From positions 64,001 through 128,000 of the forward strand of contig CAXXHA010000010.1 of assembly GCA_963662265.2 (NCBI GenBank): a stretch of DNA of 64,000 nucleotides, given 5' to 3'. Shown here one piece after another: positions 1-10,556 of the stretch. Position numbers and translations under genes: made by a program. Source of the DNA: Spirochaetia bacterium. GTDB taxonomy: Bacteria > Spirochaetota > Spirochaetia > CADAEX01. Positions within the stretch are counted from its first letter, which is position 1; the number at the start of each line of letters is the position of its first letter. The notes beneath the pieces were generated by a model. That model made no database searches. It saw nothing but the letters and a program-made list of their open reading frames with translations, and was not told where the DNA came from.

Positions 1-885
1 CTTTCATCATCAACCTCCTACCCTGTTGTTTGTAAAGCACAAGCGGACCTCTGCAGGTTTATTGTACGCTGCGAAGAGGAAGGGGCTGACAGCTTCCTGG
101 AATCAAAGAGGATAATAAAGACTGAAGAAGAAATTGAGTGCCTGAAGAAGGCTGCTTCAATAACAGACAGGGTATTTCTCAAGCTTGAAAAATTCTTTAA
201 AGAATCTTTTTCTGAAGATTCAGAGAGAGGGGAATGTGAAAGCCCGGAAACAGCTCATGATGCTTCAGGAAATACTGGCAGAGAGGAAACCTGCCTTACA
301 GAGACAGACATAGCGCTCTTTATCGAAACCGAGGGAAGAAAAGAGGGAGCAGAAGGGACAGGATTTGAAACACTTGCAGCATCGCCTGAAAGAAGCTTTT
401 CAATACACCCTTTCCCGTCATACTCCGACAAAAAAGCTCCCGCCCCAGGGCTGACAATTATCGATTTCGGTCATAAATATGAAGGATATACTTCTGATGT
501 GACAACAACTGTTGCATACGGAAAACTCACGGAAAAGCAGGAGAAAATGATCTCGCTTGTAAAAGAGGCGACAGAAATTTTCGAAAGCATCCTCGGCCCC
601 GGAATATCAACTGTCAAGCTTACAGAAGCTGTAACTTCTCTTTTCGAAAAGAATGGATTCACAATGCCCCATGCCCTGGGCCACGGGATTGGACTTGATG
701 TTCATGAATCTCCTGTTCTTAAAAATTTAAAGAGAACAGAGACAATCCTGAAACCGGGAATGGTTCTTGCTGTTGAACCTGGAATTTACAGCCCTGAATC
801 CGGCGGCGTAAGACTTGAGAACGATTACATGATCACAGAAACAGGATTTGAGAAAATTACCAATTCCAGAATAATCCGGCTTTAG
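1..885 (+). CDS. Xaa-Pro aminopeptidase, M24 family (5' truncated by window edge)
   Basis: Frame 1 is open from base 1 and reads RIIKTEEEIECLKKAA...IDFGHKYEGYTSDVT...HALGHGIGLDVHE...AVEPGIY...GGVRLEND (M24 metal ligands). The ORF track shows only the last 128 aa. Confidence 0.92.
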   Translation, partial: LSSSTSYPVVCKAQADLCRFIVRCEEEGADSFLESKRIIKTEEEIECLKKAASITDRVFLKLEKFFKESFSEDSERGECESPETAHDASGNTGREETCLTETDIALFIETEGRKEGAEGTGFETLAASPERSFSIHPFPSYSDKKAPAPGLTIIDFGHKYEGYTSDVTTTVAYGKLTEKQEKMISLVKEATEIFESILGPGISTVKLTEAVTSLFEKNGFTMPHALGHGIGLDVHESPVLKNLKRTETILKPGMVLAVEPGIYSPESGGVRLENDYMITETGFEKITNSRIIRL

Positions 886-934
886 CAGAAAATTCAATAA
901 AGAAAAACAGATTTAATTTTATTGCCGGAAGGAA

Positions 935-962
935 GCAGGCTGAGAAATCAGCCTGTTTTTTT
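935..962 (+). terminator. Intrinsic terminator after the M24 peptidase
   Basis: CAGGCTGA-gaaa-TCAGCCTG hairpin followed by a T run. Confidence 0.8.
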
Positions 963-1090
963 CTGGAAATTCATATTTTTGCACTGCTTCTGACTATCTC
1001 TACTGCTGCGGATATCCAGCACTGCTTTACAATTTTCCAGATTATATATTATCTATTTCCTGCCAGTTCTATTTTGAACAGAATAACTTT

Positions 1091-1876
1091 TCACAAACTC
1101 CCGGAAAGCCCCCCTTCCCCGCCGCTGAAAAAAACTGTCCAGCTGTCCTTATTAATGAAAAGTTCTGCATATTTAAAACCGGGAAGATCCTTCCCCAGAA
1201 GGACAAACCTCCCGGTACAGATATTTTCAAGACTGATTTCCCCTGCAGGAGAATTGAAAGACCTGCTGTCAAGCGGCTCTGCAAGGATCCATTCATCCTT
1301 CAAAAAGATGTCGGAAAGCAGAATATCAAATGATCTTCTCAATGAAACCTGGTTTGAATTGAAAATCCCGACAGAAAGAGAATAGAGGACAGAAGTATCA
1401 GAGATTTTCCATGGATTGCAGCCGGATTTTTCCTTAAGCACCTTCTGAAAACGCCTTATATTGAAATTTGAAAAATCCACCCCTTTTTCAGAAAGGAGGA
1501 GAATTACTTCGGCAGAAAAACCGTCTTCCCATGTAAGTAACAACTCATCATCACTTAAAACAGCAGGAAAAACAGCACCTGCAGGCTTCAGCCTTATTTC
1601 ACCGGATTTTAAAACAGGGTAAGCGCAGACAGGAACAATTTCCTTTCCCGTTTCAATATCTATTTCATCCCCGAATCCCGCGCCGGTTACGACTTCTTTC
1701 CTCCCTCCTGCGTAATACTCAACACATACAGCGCAGTCTCCCTCAACAATATCCCAGCCCTGAGGTGTCTCGGGAATATGAACTGTTATTATCTGATTAT
1801 TGAAAAGAATACAGGATACATTATAAAAGGAGAGAAGAATAATCATGAGAAGAAATATAAACAAGTTATTTTTCAC
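1091..1876 (-). CDS. Hypothetical lipoprotein or exported protein
   Basis: 261 aa; hydrophobic N-terminus ending ...NVSC (possible spirochaetal lipobox); no recognised domain. Confidence 0.6.
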   Translation of the reverse strand: MKNNLFIFLLMIILLSFYNVSCILFNNQIITVHIPETPQGWDIVEGDCAVCVEYYAGGRKEVVTGAGFGDEIDIETGKEIVPVCAYPVLKSGEIRLKPAGAVFPAVLSDDELLLTWEDGFSAEVILLLSEKGVDFSNFNIRRFQKVLKEKSGCNPWKISDTSVLYSLSVGIFNSNQVSLRRSFDILLSDIFLKDEWILAEPLDSRSFNSPAGEISLENICTGRFVLLGKDLPGFKYAELFINKDSWTVFFSGGEGGLSGSL

Positions 1877-1917
1877 ATGGAATAATAACTGCGCTTAAGG
1901 AAATACTGCTTCAGATA

Positions 1918-2457
1918 CTAACCTTCTGCTATGTTTTCCCTGTATATGTCCCTGATTCTGCTGAAAATTTCCCCGTATTCAGGACTGCGGTAGTCAAGAT
2001 ATGTCCAGGGGAAAGGCTCGAATGATCCGTTTTTATACCCGAGTGTGACTTCTCCGTATATCCCCTCTTTCAGAGGTATTCTATGGACATTGTCCTTTGT
2101 AGACGCCAGAATAAGATGACTGAGATTAAGAATGCCGGGATCAAAATTCAACCGCCTTGATAATCCCTCGCCATTCTGTATAGAGAAGAATTTTTCCAGG
2201 TAATTTGTGTGGATTTTGACATCAGAAAGTTCATCAGGCAGAATAAGCCTTTCAAACGAAAGGAAAAATCGGTCTATATCCCCGCCCATCTCACGGTCGT
2301 AGTAAGATGTATAGGAAAAAGGATATATCTCACTCTTATAATCAACAGGACCGAATTCATCGGTAAGAGCCTTTATAACTTCACCTTCACGGTCTTTCAG
2401 AACAGAAAGAATACCTATGATAAGCTTATGTTTTTTAAACGGTTTTATCTCTCCCAA
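1918..2457 (-). CDS. DUF4416 family protein
   Basis: FGPVD...YPFSYTSYYDREMG, RRLNFDPG, HRIPLKEGIYGEVTL, FPWTYLDYR motifs; GGAG SD. Confidence 0.85.
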   Translation of the reverse strand: MGEIKPFKKHKLIIGILSVLKDREGEVIKALTDEFGPVDYKSEIYPFSYTSYYDREMGGDIDRFFLSFERLILPDELSDVKIHTNYLEKFFSIQNGEGLSRRLNFDPGILNLSHLILASTKDNVHRIPLKEGIYGEVTLGYKNGSFEPFPWTYLDYRSPEYGEIFSRIRDIYRENIAEG

Positions 2458-2467
2458 AACATTCTCC

Positions 2468-2496
2468 TTGTCATATAAATAATTTTACATCATAAT
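2468..2496 (+). promoter_or_regulatory. Sigma70-type promoter for the 2506 gene (near-leaderless)
   Basis: TTGTCA(2468-73)-17 bp-CATAAT(2491-96), 9 nt before the ATG at 2506; no SD. Confidence 0.55.
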
Positions 2497-2505
2497 ACAA
2501 ATATA

Positions 2506-3942
2506 ATGAAGAAGGCACTTGAATTTCATGATGAATTAAGAGACGCAATAGAATACAGGAAAGATTTTCTGGAAACAGAACTTCTTCCCAAATTAAAGGA
2601 GATGTTTGTAAACTATCACTCCTCATTTAAATCTGTTGTAAACCTGCTGCTTAACAAAGCATTAATTAAAGAAGATCCTTATAAGCATGATCAGAAAATT
2701 TCAGAAATTTCGATACCACCCTCTACACAGATCATGGAAAATGAAAAAGCTGTTCAGCTGGGAACAAGGCTTTCATTTTATGATACACAGCTTGAGCATA
2801 TAACACATTACTATGTTTTTTCAGTAGATCATATCAACACAGAAAGGATAAATCTTCTCAGGAAATTTACAAACCATATTCACTGGAAAATGGTTGCGGA
2901 AACATCCCAGAACCCGACAACAAGGGCGCTTGCCTCGCTGCTTGTAAAAATAAGAAACGGGAATGACCAGCTTTCAATATCAATAATAAATACCTCAATA
3001 AACCAGCTTGCCACTTTACAGAAGCTGATTGATGATGCATTGAAGGAAGTCGAAATATATCAGAAGGAAGCATATAAATTCAGAGTAAGGGACAGGGTAA
3101 TAATAAGTTCAGGTATATATAAATATGCCTCGGAAAACAGCTCACAGGAGACTCTTTCTGTCATAAGAAAAAAATTCAACGAAACCATGGTTGAAGAAAA
3201 ATTCATACCTGAATATATCAATGAAATACTTGAAGAGGAGTTTTCAACAGAGTATGACGAACTCAGGCAGGACCTGCTTTACAAACTGACAGCTAATTTG
3301 CAGAAAAAAGAGAAAAAAGAGGAAAAAAAGGTCAAAATAAAGCCTCCTTCACTCAACATGCTTTTAAATGCCGCGCTGACAGTTTGTTCCGCATCTTCCC
3401 AGCTCCAGTCGCTTGCAGAGAAAATAAATGAGAATGTTTCAGTTATCAGCGATATAAAAACAACCCAGCTGATAAGAATTCTGTCCAAAATCTTTAAAAT
3501 AAACAACACAAAGAATATATTATTTGAAATAGAATATATTGATGATTTAACCGGTTCAAGAAAAGTTGAAAAAATAGACAAAATTGATTTCATTAAAAAA
3601 ATACAGAAGTTACAGGCAGAACTCTCTGCGAAAAAGCTGAAAGCCGAAGTTACAGCGCTTACAACATCTGCAGGGAGAGAAAGCTACCTGCTCGATTTCA
3701 TTGACAAGGCAAATACAAGGCTGAAGATATTTACCTACCAGGCAGGCGGTATTGATAAATTCATAAAAAAATCAACTGAATCTTCTTCTTCTGCAGGCCA
3801 GCTGAAAGGGTTTGTTATAGAGAACAATGCTGTAAAAAATATAATTATAAAGTCAAAACAGCAGGCACAGGAATATAAAAACCTGAAAGAGGAATACAGG
3901 CAGTTCAGGGAACTGGGAATAGAAGAGGAAAAAGAGCAGTAA
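2506..3942 (+). CDS. Hypothetical helical cytoplasmic protein
   Basis: 478 aa open frame, Lys/Glu-rich helical composition; no motif recognised. Confidence 0.7.
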   Translation: MKKALEFHDELRDAIEYRKDFLETELLPKLKEMFVNYHSSFKSVVNLLLNKALIKEDPYKHDQKISEISIPPSTQIMENEKAVQLGTRLSFYDTQLEHITHYYVFSVDHINTERINLLRKFTNHIHWKMVAETSQNPTTRALASLLVKIRNGNDQLSISIINTSINQLATLQKLIDDALKEVEIYQKEAYKFRVRDRVIISSGIYKYASENSSQETLSVIRKKFNETMVEEKFIPEYINEILEEEFSTEYDELRQDLLYKLTANLQKKEKKEEKKVKIKPPSLNMLLNAALTVCSASSQLQSLAEKINENVSVISDIKTTQLIRILSKIFKINNTKNILFEIEYIDDLTGSRKVEKIDKIDFIKKIQKLQAELSAKKLKAEVTALTTSAGRESYLLDFIDKANTRLKIFTYQAGGIDKFIKKSTESSSSAGQLKGFVIENNAVKNIIIKSKQQAQEYKNLKEEYRQFRELGIEEEKEQ

Positions 3943-4680
3943 TCAGTTTACAAACAGAGCAACCTGGCTGTTCTGTATGCAGACTGAAATATGCTGCTTG
4001 AATCCCGACTCTATTTCCTGCTGCTTGCTAAGAATCCTTGAAATATAATCAAGCGTCATTCTCGGTGTTCCGTTTCTCTCAACCCGGGATTTTCCCGCAT
4101 TATACATTGCAAGCGCTACAACATAATTCTCGCCGTTATCAAGACACCATTTCAGGTATTTGACACCATACATTATATTTTTCTCATCGTTGAAGAAGTC
4201 AGTTTCTGTCAGTTCAGGAAAAGACTTGGAATTCAGCTGAAACAGCCCCCTGTCGATGGAATGCTTGTTATAGTTTATTGCCCTTGATTTGAATTTGCTT
4301 TCTGTCCAGACAAGCGCAAAAACAGTGCTGAAAGGCAAGTCGTAATTATCAGCATACATGAGAATAAGTTCAGCAATGTCTCTTGATCCTGCAATCTTTG
4401 CATAGTAGTCAACGACATAGTTTTTTGTATATATATTTCTGTACATCTCTTTTTCCATGACTTTATAATCAGTCAAGGTATAAAGAGGATCATTTTCACT
4501 GTTCATTTCCTGCTGCAGCTCTGTTTTTTCAACCTGCGCGATAACTGCAGATTTTTCAGTCACCTCGGTACTACCTTCCAGCATGCTTATTGACAGCAGA
4601 AGAGGTGCAGCAAGGATAATAAAAATTACCCGTTTGATATAAGGCCTCCAGTAGAATATTTGTTTACAAATAATCGCCAC
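3943..4680 (-). CDS. Lytic transglycosylase, SLT domain (start uncertain)
   Basis: ALVWTESKF (catalytic Glu), DRGLFQLN, KNIMYGVKYL, ALAMYNAG; N-terminal hydrophobic anchor. Confidence 0.9.
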   Translation of the reverse strand: MAIICKQIFYWRPYIKRVIFIILAAPLLLSISMLEGSTEVTEKSAVIAQVEKTELQQEMNSENDPLYTLTDYKVMEKEMYRNIYTKNYVVDYYAKIAGSRDIAELILMYADNYDLPFSTVFALVWTESKFKSRAINYNKHSIDRGLFQLNSKSFPELTETDFFNDEKNIMYGVKYLKWCLDNGENYVVALAMYNAGKSRVERNGTPRMTLDYISRILSKQQEIESGFKQHISVCIQNSQVALFVN

Positions 4681-4974
4681 AATATATACTTAAATACTCA
4701 AGACTAGTCAAGTTTCACACCCCTCATACCGATAAAATAAGTTATTTTTCTGCACTTTTTTACCGGTAAATACCGGAATTAAAGTCTCTAAAAGTCCCTT
4801 TTCAGCATTTTCTCCATTATGTCAAAGCCGGAAAAACACAAAAAATTACTGGAGTTTACAGCCTTAAAATAGAATTTCGGGACGATATTCTGCTGTCAGT
4901 TTTTTCAAGCGACAATGTCCTGATGCCGATAATCTCCTTAATTATCTCTTTAAATTTTATCATTCCGGAATATT

Positions 4975-5961
4975 ATGGAATTCAGAAAACAGACAGAAAA
5001 CAAGAAATTAAGCTTTATAGGTCTCGGATGCTGGCGGTTCGGAGAACCGGAAACTCAGGAAAAAACAGACAATCCGGGAAAATCATACTGGGGCAGCCAG
5101 GACAGAAAAGACTCATTAAAAACAATTGATGCGGCACTGCGGGGAGGTATCACGCACTTCGACACTGCCCAGAGCTACGGTTACGGAAGATCTGAACAGA
5201 TTACGGGGCAGAGACTCAGAAGAGTGCGGGAAAGCTGTATAATCGCCACAAAACTGATGATAAACAGGTCTGATCCTGATGACATAGAAAAAAAAGTCAA
5301 CTTAAGCCTCAAAAGGCTGAATTCCGATTATATAGATATTTTCTACCTGCACTGGCCCTCAGACACTGAACAGATAAAAAAAGCTGTAAATATACTGCAG
5401 AGGATCAGGGAATCGGGAAAAATCAGGCACATAGGAGTCAGCAATTTTTCTGTAAGTGAAATGAAAACAGCGATGAAAGAGGGGCAAATTGATTTTCACC
5501 AGACTGGATACAGCCTTCTATGGAGGGAAAGTGAAAAAGAAATAATCCCATTCTGTATTGAAAACAAAATATCAGTAATTGCCTACAGTTTTTTCGCCCA
5601 GGGGCTGCTTACAGCATCCGACCTGAACATGGTTGGACAGAAAACAAATGACAGAAGGCGAAACCTCCTGTTCTTCAAGTATAAAAACGAAGATATTCTT
5701 CACAAATTTAGAAGAACTCTGTTTAAAATATCAACAGACAGCGGTTATTCTGTCCCCCAGCTGCTTATAAGCTGGGCAAAATCCAGGAAATGGCTTGATT
5801 CTGTACTTATCGGAGCATCAAACAGAAAACAGATAGAAGATATATTAAAGAGTGAAAAAACTGCTGTGGAAGAGCAAATTATTGAAAAACTCGAAGAATT
5901 ATCATCTGAAACAGCATTTGATTTTAAGGATTCAGGAAACATTTTTGGGCATACCACATGA
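4975..5961 (+). CDS. Aldo/keto reductase
   Basis: IGLGCW, GITHFDTAQSYGYGRSE, IIATK, SLKRLNSDYIDIFYLHWP, GKIRHIGVSNF. Confidence 0.93.
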   Translation: MEFRKQTENKKLSFIGLGCWRFGEPETQEKTDNPGKSYWGSQDRKDSLKTIDAALRGGITHFDTAQSYGYGRSEQITGQRLRRVRESCIIATKLMINRSDPDDIEKKVNLSLKRLNSDYIDIFYLHWPSDTEQIKKAVNILQRIRESGKIRHIGVSNFSVSEMKTAMKEGQIDFHQTGYSLLWRESEKEIIPFCIENKISVIAYSFFAQGLLTASDLNMVGQKTNDRRRNLLFFKYKNEDILHKFRRTLFKISTDSGYSVPQLLISWAKSRKWLDSVLIGASNRKQIEDILKSEKTAVEEQIIEKLEELSSETAFDFKDSGNIFGHTT

Positions 5962-6049
5962 CGGCAAGATTGATTCCTGTAACTACTTGTAGTATTCTAT
6001 ACAGTATATACCGCAATAATAATCAGAAAAAAATACAGGGAGGTTTAAT

Positions 6050-8716
6050 ATGAAAGTCTTTAGAAAAAAGGCTTTGATATTTCTCGTTATTGTCCAGATC
6101 CTCTTAATGCCTTTATATTCCTGTTCCAAAGGTGAGGCTGAAAAGCCGAAAGATTCAGGTACAGGCGCCAAAGAAGAAATTACAATAGCAGAAAAAGATG
6201 AACAGATAAAAGAAACCGAAATTCTTACTCCGGTTAAACAGCCTGAGAAAATCGAGGGAATGATTACCTATTACTCGGGTGATGTTACTGTTTTCGAAGA
6301 GGGAGAATGGTACGATATTGAAATCGGTGATTTTGTCACAGAAAAAAATGTTCTTAAAGTTGAATCAGACTCATTCTGCGAAGTTCAGTTCGGAAATACG
6401 GCTGTTGTAAAGATTCAGGAAAATTCAGAAGTAGACCTTGCCAGGGTATCTCTTGAGCCGGGAAATGCTGAAGTTTCCCTAGATATGAAGCTTGGCAATG
6501 TTCTCTGCAAAGTCCAGAAATTAACGGGAAATGAATCATTCAAGGTAAAAACCCAGACTGCTGTCTGCGGTGTCAGGGGAACAGAATTTTCCGTATCTGC
6601 GGCAGAAAATGCCGATACAGTACTGGCTGTAAAAAAAGGTGCAGTAGCTATTCTTCCCAAATCCATGGATACAGATGAACTTGAAGAAAAAGTTTCAGGC
6701 AAAGGGGATGCTGTCAAAGAGGCAATCAGAAAAATTGAGGAGTCTGCCCCTGTTGTAAAAGCAAACGAAGAGATAAAAGTTGATACAGAAGTTGTTGAGA
6801 AATCAAAAGCTGCTGCAGAAAAAATAGAAAAAGTGGTTATCGAGGCTTCAAAAGCGGAAACAGCGGAAGAAGAGATAAAGATTGCTGAAAAACTGAATGA
6901 AGTAATAGAAGTAGAGAAAAAGGAAGTTGCAAAAACTGTTGAAAAACCAAGGGAAATCTCTGTAGAAAAAGCAGAAGACCTGAAACAGGTTGAACACATG
7001 AAAATGATTGCCATCACCCCTGTAGTTAAGGCAGAAGAGGGTGCAGAAGAAAAAGCTGCGCCTCCCGCAATTGTTCTTCACAAGGTATCAATAAACACCC
7101 TCACAGCAGGTGCTTCAATAGAAAAAGATGGAAGAATTCTTGCAACAAACAGTTATTCCGGCATCTTTGAAGAGGGGGAAGTTCTGAAATTCCATATTTC
7201 AAAAGAGGGATATGAACCCTACAATATGGAATTCAAGGTTACAAAAAACACTGCAAGGCTTTATAAAGTAGAGCTTAAAAAACTTCCTGAACCTGAAAAA
7301 GATGTACTGAAAAAAGAAATCAGCTTCAGCACAGTACCGGAAACAGCATCAATCTTCATAAATGGAGAAAACAAGGGAACAGGCAGTTTCACTGACATCT
7401 TCGAAGAAGGGTCAGAACTGAATATCAGGGCAGCAGGAGAAGGCTATGACGACAGGATTCTCGAAATAACTGTTGGTGAGAACACAGAGGAAGTTTATGA
7501 GCTCACCCTGCAGAAGGGAGTAAAGAGCTTTACAGTAAAAACAGTTCCGGATGATGCATCTATCATGTACCAGGGTAAAAAAGCCGGCACAGGAAGCGCA
7601 TCCTTTGATTTTAAATATGGAGAAAATGCTTCAATCAGTATAAGCAGGAACGGATACAAAGACAAAATACTTAAACTGACTATCGGCAAAAACACACAGC
7701 CTTCATACACAGTAAAACTTGATGCAAAACCTGTGGAACTTGTACTTTCACCATTTACAAAACCGGTAATAAAAACAATTGCGTACCAGAAGGGAAGATT
7801 TTTTACTTCTGATGCAGCAGGCAGTATTTATTCAGCACAGCTGGATGGCAAATCAAGCTGGAAATACACCACAAAAAACACACAGAATGCAAATTCTGCC
7901 CCTGTAGCTGCAGGAAAATATGTTTTCATGTCAGGTGCACGGGAAATGGTAACACTTGAAGCGGAAACAGGAAAACTGAACAACACAAAATCACTGGACC
8001 AGAATTCAGCCCACATGTTCGGAAGATCAATTATCCCGTACAAAGACAGCTATATCTATCCGAAAAATAAAATCATTACTCTGGGTACTTTTGAAAAAGG
8101 ATCTTCAGAAACAGATATAAACCTACCCTCAGATTCAGGAATGAGCCCTGCAGTCTGGAAAAACAATATCGTAATAGCAGACATGGAAGGGACAGTACAT
8201 ATAATTGATCCTTCAACAAAACTTGTAACCGGGTCAATAAAGACATCAGCATTCCAGCCTATAGCCCTGAGCATTGCAGTATCAGGAGACAAGGGGTATT
8301 TTGCAAACAGAAAAGGCAAAGTAGCAGCTGTAAACTTTGCGGCAAAACAACTTCTGTGGGAAAAAGAAATCGTTGAAGATAAAATAAACATCTTTACAGA
8401 CCTGGCAGTTCACAAAGGCAAAGTTTTTGTCTTTACAGGAAAGAATATACATATACTTAAGGCAGACACCGGGGACAAGGCGCTTGAACCGATAAGAGCA
8501 TCAACTCCTCCTCTGTGCAGCGGCAGCCTGTTTTTTGCGGGAAAAACTGACGGGGCCTTTGGAATATACAACGTACTCACAGGAAAAGAGGTCAGATCAA
8601 TACATCTTGATTACGGAATAATAAAGACAAGACCTGTGTTTGCAGACAGCTTGATTATTGCAGGAACAGACAGGGGTAAAATAATTATTATGAACCCTGA
8701 AGGATTCGGCCTTTAA
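6050..8716 (+). CDS. Lipoprotein: FecR domain, charged linker, PEGA-like repeats, PQQ-type beta-propeller
   Basis: Lipobox PLYSC; FecR motif FKVKTQTAVCGVRGTEF; repeats of T(V/L)P..ASI.....G and ..GY..; C-terminal W-containing propeller blades (SSWKY, SPAVW, LLWEK); GGAGG SD. Confidence 0.8.
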   Translation: MKVFRKKALIFLVIVQILLMPLYSCSKGEAEKPKDSGTGAKEEITIAEKDEQIKETEILTPVKQPEKIEGMITYYSGDVTVFEEGEWYDIEIGDFVTEKNVLKVESDSFCEVQFGNTAVVKIQENSEVDLARVSLEPGNAEVSLDMKLGNVLCKVQKLTGNESFKVKTQTAVCGVRGTEFSVSAAENADTVLAVKKGAVAILPKSMDTDELEEKVSGKGDAVKEAIRKIEESAPVVKANEEIKVDTEVVEKSKAAAEKIEKVVIEASKAETAEEEIKIAEKLNEVIEVEKKEVAKTVEKPREISVEKAEDLKQVEHMKMIAITPVVKAEEGAEEKAAPPAIVLHKVSINTLTAGASIEKDGRILATNSYSGIFEEGEVLKFHISKEGYEPYNMEFKVTKNTARLYKVELKKLPEPEKDVLKKEISFSTVPETASIFINGENKGTGSFTDIFEEGSELNIRAAGEGYDDRILEITVGENTEEVYELTLQKGVKSFTVKTVPDDASIMYQGKKAGTGSASFDFKYGENASISISRNGYKDKILKLTIGKNTQPSYTVKLDAKPVELVLSPFTKPVIKTIAYQKGRFFTSDAAGSIYSAQLDGKSSWKYTTKNTQNANSAPVAAGKYVFMSGAREMVTLEAETGKLNNTKSLDQNSAHMFGRSIIPYKDSYIYPKNKIITLGTFEKGSSETDINLPSDSGMSPAVWKNNIVIADMEGTVHIIDPSTKLVTGSIKTSAFQPIALSIAVSGDKGYFANRKGKVAAVNFAAKQLLWEKEIVEDKINIFTDLAVHKGKVFVFTGKNIHILKADTGDKALEPIRASTPPLCSGSLFFAGKTDGAFGIYNVLTGKEVRSIHLDYGIIKTRPVFADSLIIAGTDRGKIIIMNPEGFGL

Positions 8717-8740
8717 CCGCAGAATTACAATGAAACCTAT

Positions 8741-8769
8741 GCCGGAGAATATTTTCTCCGGCTTTTTTT
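8741..8769 (+). terminator. Intrinsic terminator
   Basis: GCCGGAGAA-tatt-TTCTCCGGC followed by T7. Confidence 0.85.
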
Positions 8770-8811
8770 ATCTTCTTGATTTTGTTAATAAATTGAATAA
8801 TAATCCTAATT

Positions 8812-10401
8812 ATGAAACAACTTAAGTGTTTTACTTTACTGTTTATACTTATTTCATTCTCATCAGTCAATTCCGATGCATCAGAAGCCAACGGCAATGA
8901 CAACAGCCAGAGACCTCTTACCATAAGTTTTTCACCGGCGAATATTGAATATAATCCGCTGCATACATTTACAGCAACAGAAGCTCAAGTTTATACAGCG
9001 ATCTACGAAGGGCTGGTAACTTACAACCCGTTTACCCTGGAACCTGTACCGGCAGCAGCCAGTACCTGGAAAATAAGCAAAGACAAAAAAGAATATATAT
9101 TTACACTCAGAAAAAATTCCTATTACTGGGACGGGGTCAATGTTACTGCAGAAGATTTCAGAGACAGCTGGCTTAAAATGCTCAATTCGGAAACAAAAGC
9201 GCAATATGCGTTTCTTCTCGATGTGATAAAAGGGGCAAAAGAATACAGGACAGGCATCAATACTGACGAGAAAAGCGTAGCCATAGAAATACTATCAAAA
9301 TACAAACTCAAAGTGACACTCGACAAACCGGCAGAACATTTTTTGAAAATACTCTGCCATCACAGCTTTGTCCCGATACACCCCTCTTTCCTGAACAAGA
9401 AAGACTGGTCAGATCTACCTTCTGCCCCGGGGAACGGTCCATACTATATTTACAAAAAGTCAGAAGAAAAAATTCAGCTTCTGAAAAATGTTCTTTACTG
9501 GGACAGTGCCAATGTGGAAATCGAGGCTATCGACCTTGTTTTCATTGATGATCCCGAGCTTACTACAGAAAAATTCAACAAAGGAGAAATTGACTGGGCA
9601 ACCGGGAATTTCATATCTTCTGTGGTCAAAAAAAGAGAAAACATAATTTTCACCCCGACATTTGCAACAAATTACTTCTTCTTCAACTGCAGGAAAAGCC
9701 CGTGGGACAATCCCGAGGCAAGAAAAGCATTTATTCTGTCATCCCCACTCGAAGGGATAAGAAACAGCCAGTACCTGTATTATCCGGCAGATACCCTTGT
9801 GCCGCTGATCCCGAATTACCCCAGAATAAACGGGTATAAGAGACAGAATAAGGCTGAAGCTAAAAAAATACTGCAGGAATCCTTTAAAGATAAAAATATG
9901 GATATTATAATCAAAATACCCAATAATCCGGAAAGCGACAGAGTAGCATCCCTTCTCAAGGAATCATGGGAGGATTTTTCAGGAAGCAAAGTTGTCATTA
10001 AAAAATCTGAATACAACAAATACTACAATGAACTTTCGGAAAACAATTATACACTGGGGACAATATCCTGGATCGGGGACTTCCCTGATCCACTGACATT
10101 CCTTCAGATGTGGACAACAGACAGCAACCTGAATGACTCGGGCTACAGCAATACAGATTTTGACAGCGATATTGAACAATCAATGACTCTCTCAGGCAAA
10201 GAGCGTTACTCATTTCTCTCAAATGCTGAAAAGAGACTTCTCTCTGATGCGGCAGTCATACCGGTCAGCAACACCCCTTCAGTCAACTTGCTGAACAGGG
10301 AGCAGCTGCAGGGCTGGTACCCGAATCCGCTCGATATTCATCCGGTCAAGTATTTTTTCTATCCAAAAGATGAGATACATCCCTACCTTGTAAAGCGCTG
10401 A
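8812..10401 (+). CDS. oppA: Oligopeptide ABC transporter substrate-binding protein (OppA family); no permease genes in the window
   Basis: IYEGLV...PAAASTW.IS.D...Y.FTLR....WDG..VTAEDF..SW, GNGPY, SWIGDFPDP.TFL; signal peptide. Confidence 0.9.
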   Translation: MKQLKCFTLLFILISFSSVNSDASEANGNDNSQRPLTISFSPANIEYNPLHTFTATEAQVYTAIYEGLVTYNPFTLEPVPAAASTWKISKDKKEYIFTLRKNSYYWDGVNVTAEDFRDSWLKMLNSETKAQYAFLLDVIKGAKEYRTGINTDEKSVAIEILSKYKLKVTLDKPAEHFLKILCHHSFVPIHPSFLNKKDWSDLPSAPGNGPYYIYKKSEEKIQLLKNVLYWDSANVEIEAIDLVFIDDPELTTEKFNKGEIDWATGNFISSVVKKRENIIFTPTFATNYFFFNCRKSPWDNPEARKAFILSSPLEGIRNSQYLYYPADTLVPLIPNYPRINGYKRQNKAEAKKILQESFKDKNMDIIIKIPNNPESDRVASLLKESWEDFSGSKVVIKKSEYNKYYNELSENNYTLGTISWIGDFPDPLTFLQMWTTDSNLNDSGYSNTDFDSDIEQSMTLSGKERYSFLSNAEKRLLSDAAVIPVSNTPSVNLLNREQLQGWYPNPLDIHPVKYFFYPKDEIHPYLVKR

Positions 10402-10520
10402 TCCACAGCCTCTCAAGGCTTTGCACCTCAGTCACCCGGTCGTATGTAATAAAATCCAAAATATTCAAAAACTTTTAATTACTTAATACATAACGGTTGG
10501 TTATATACGCTCTTCTCCCT

Positions 10521-10549
10521 TTGACGCAAACGTGTTTTTTCTTTATAAT
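10521..10549 (+). promoter_or_regulatory. Consensus sigma70 promoter of carD-ispD-ispF (leaderless)
   Basis: TTGACG(10521-26)-17 bp-TATAAT(10544-49)-7 nt-ATG(10557). Confidence 0.8.
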
Positions 10550-10556
10550 GTCCTTT

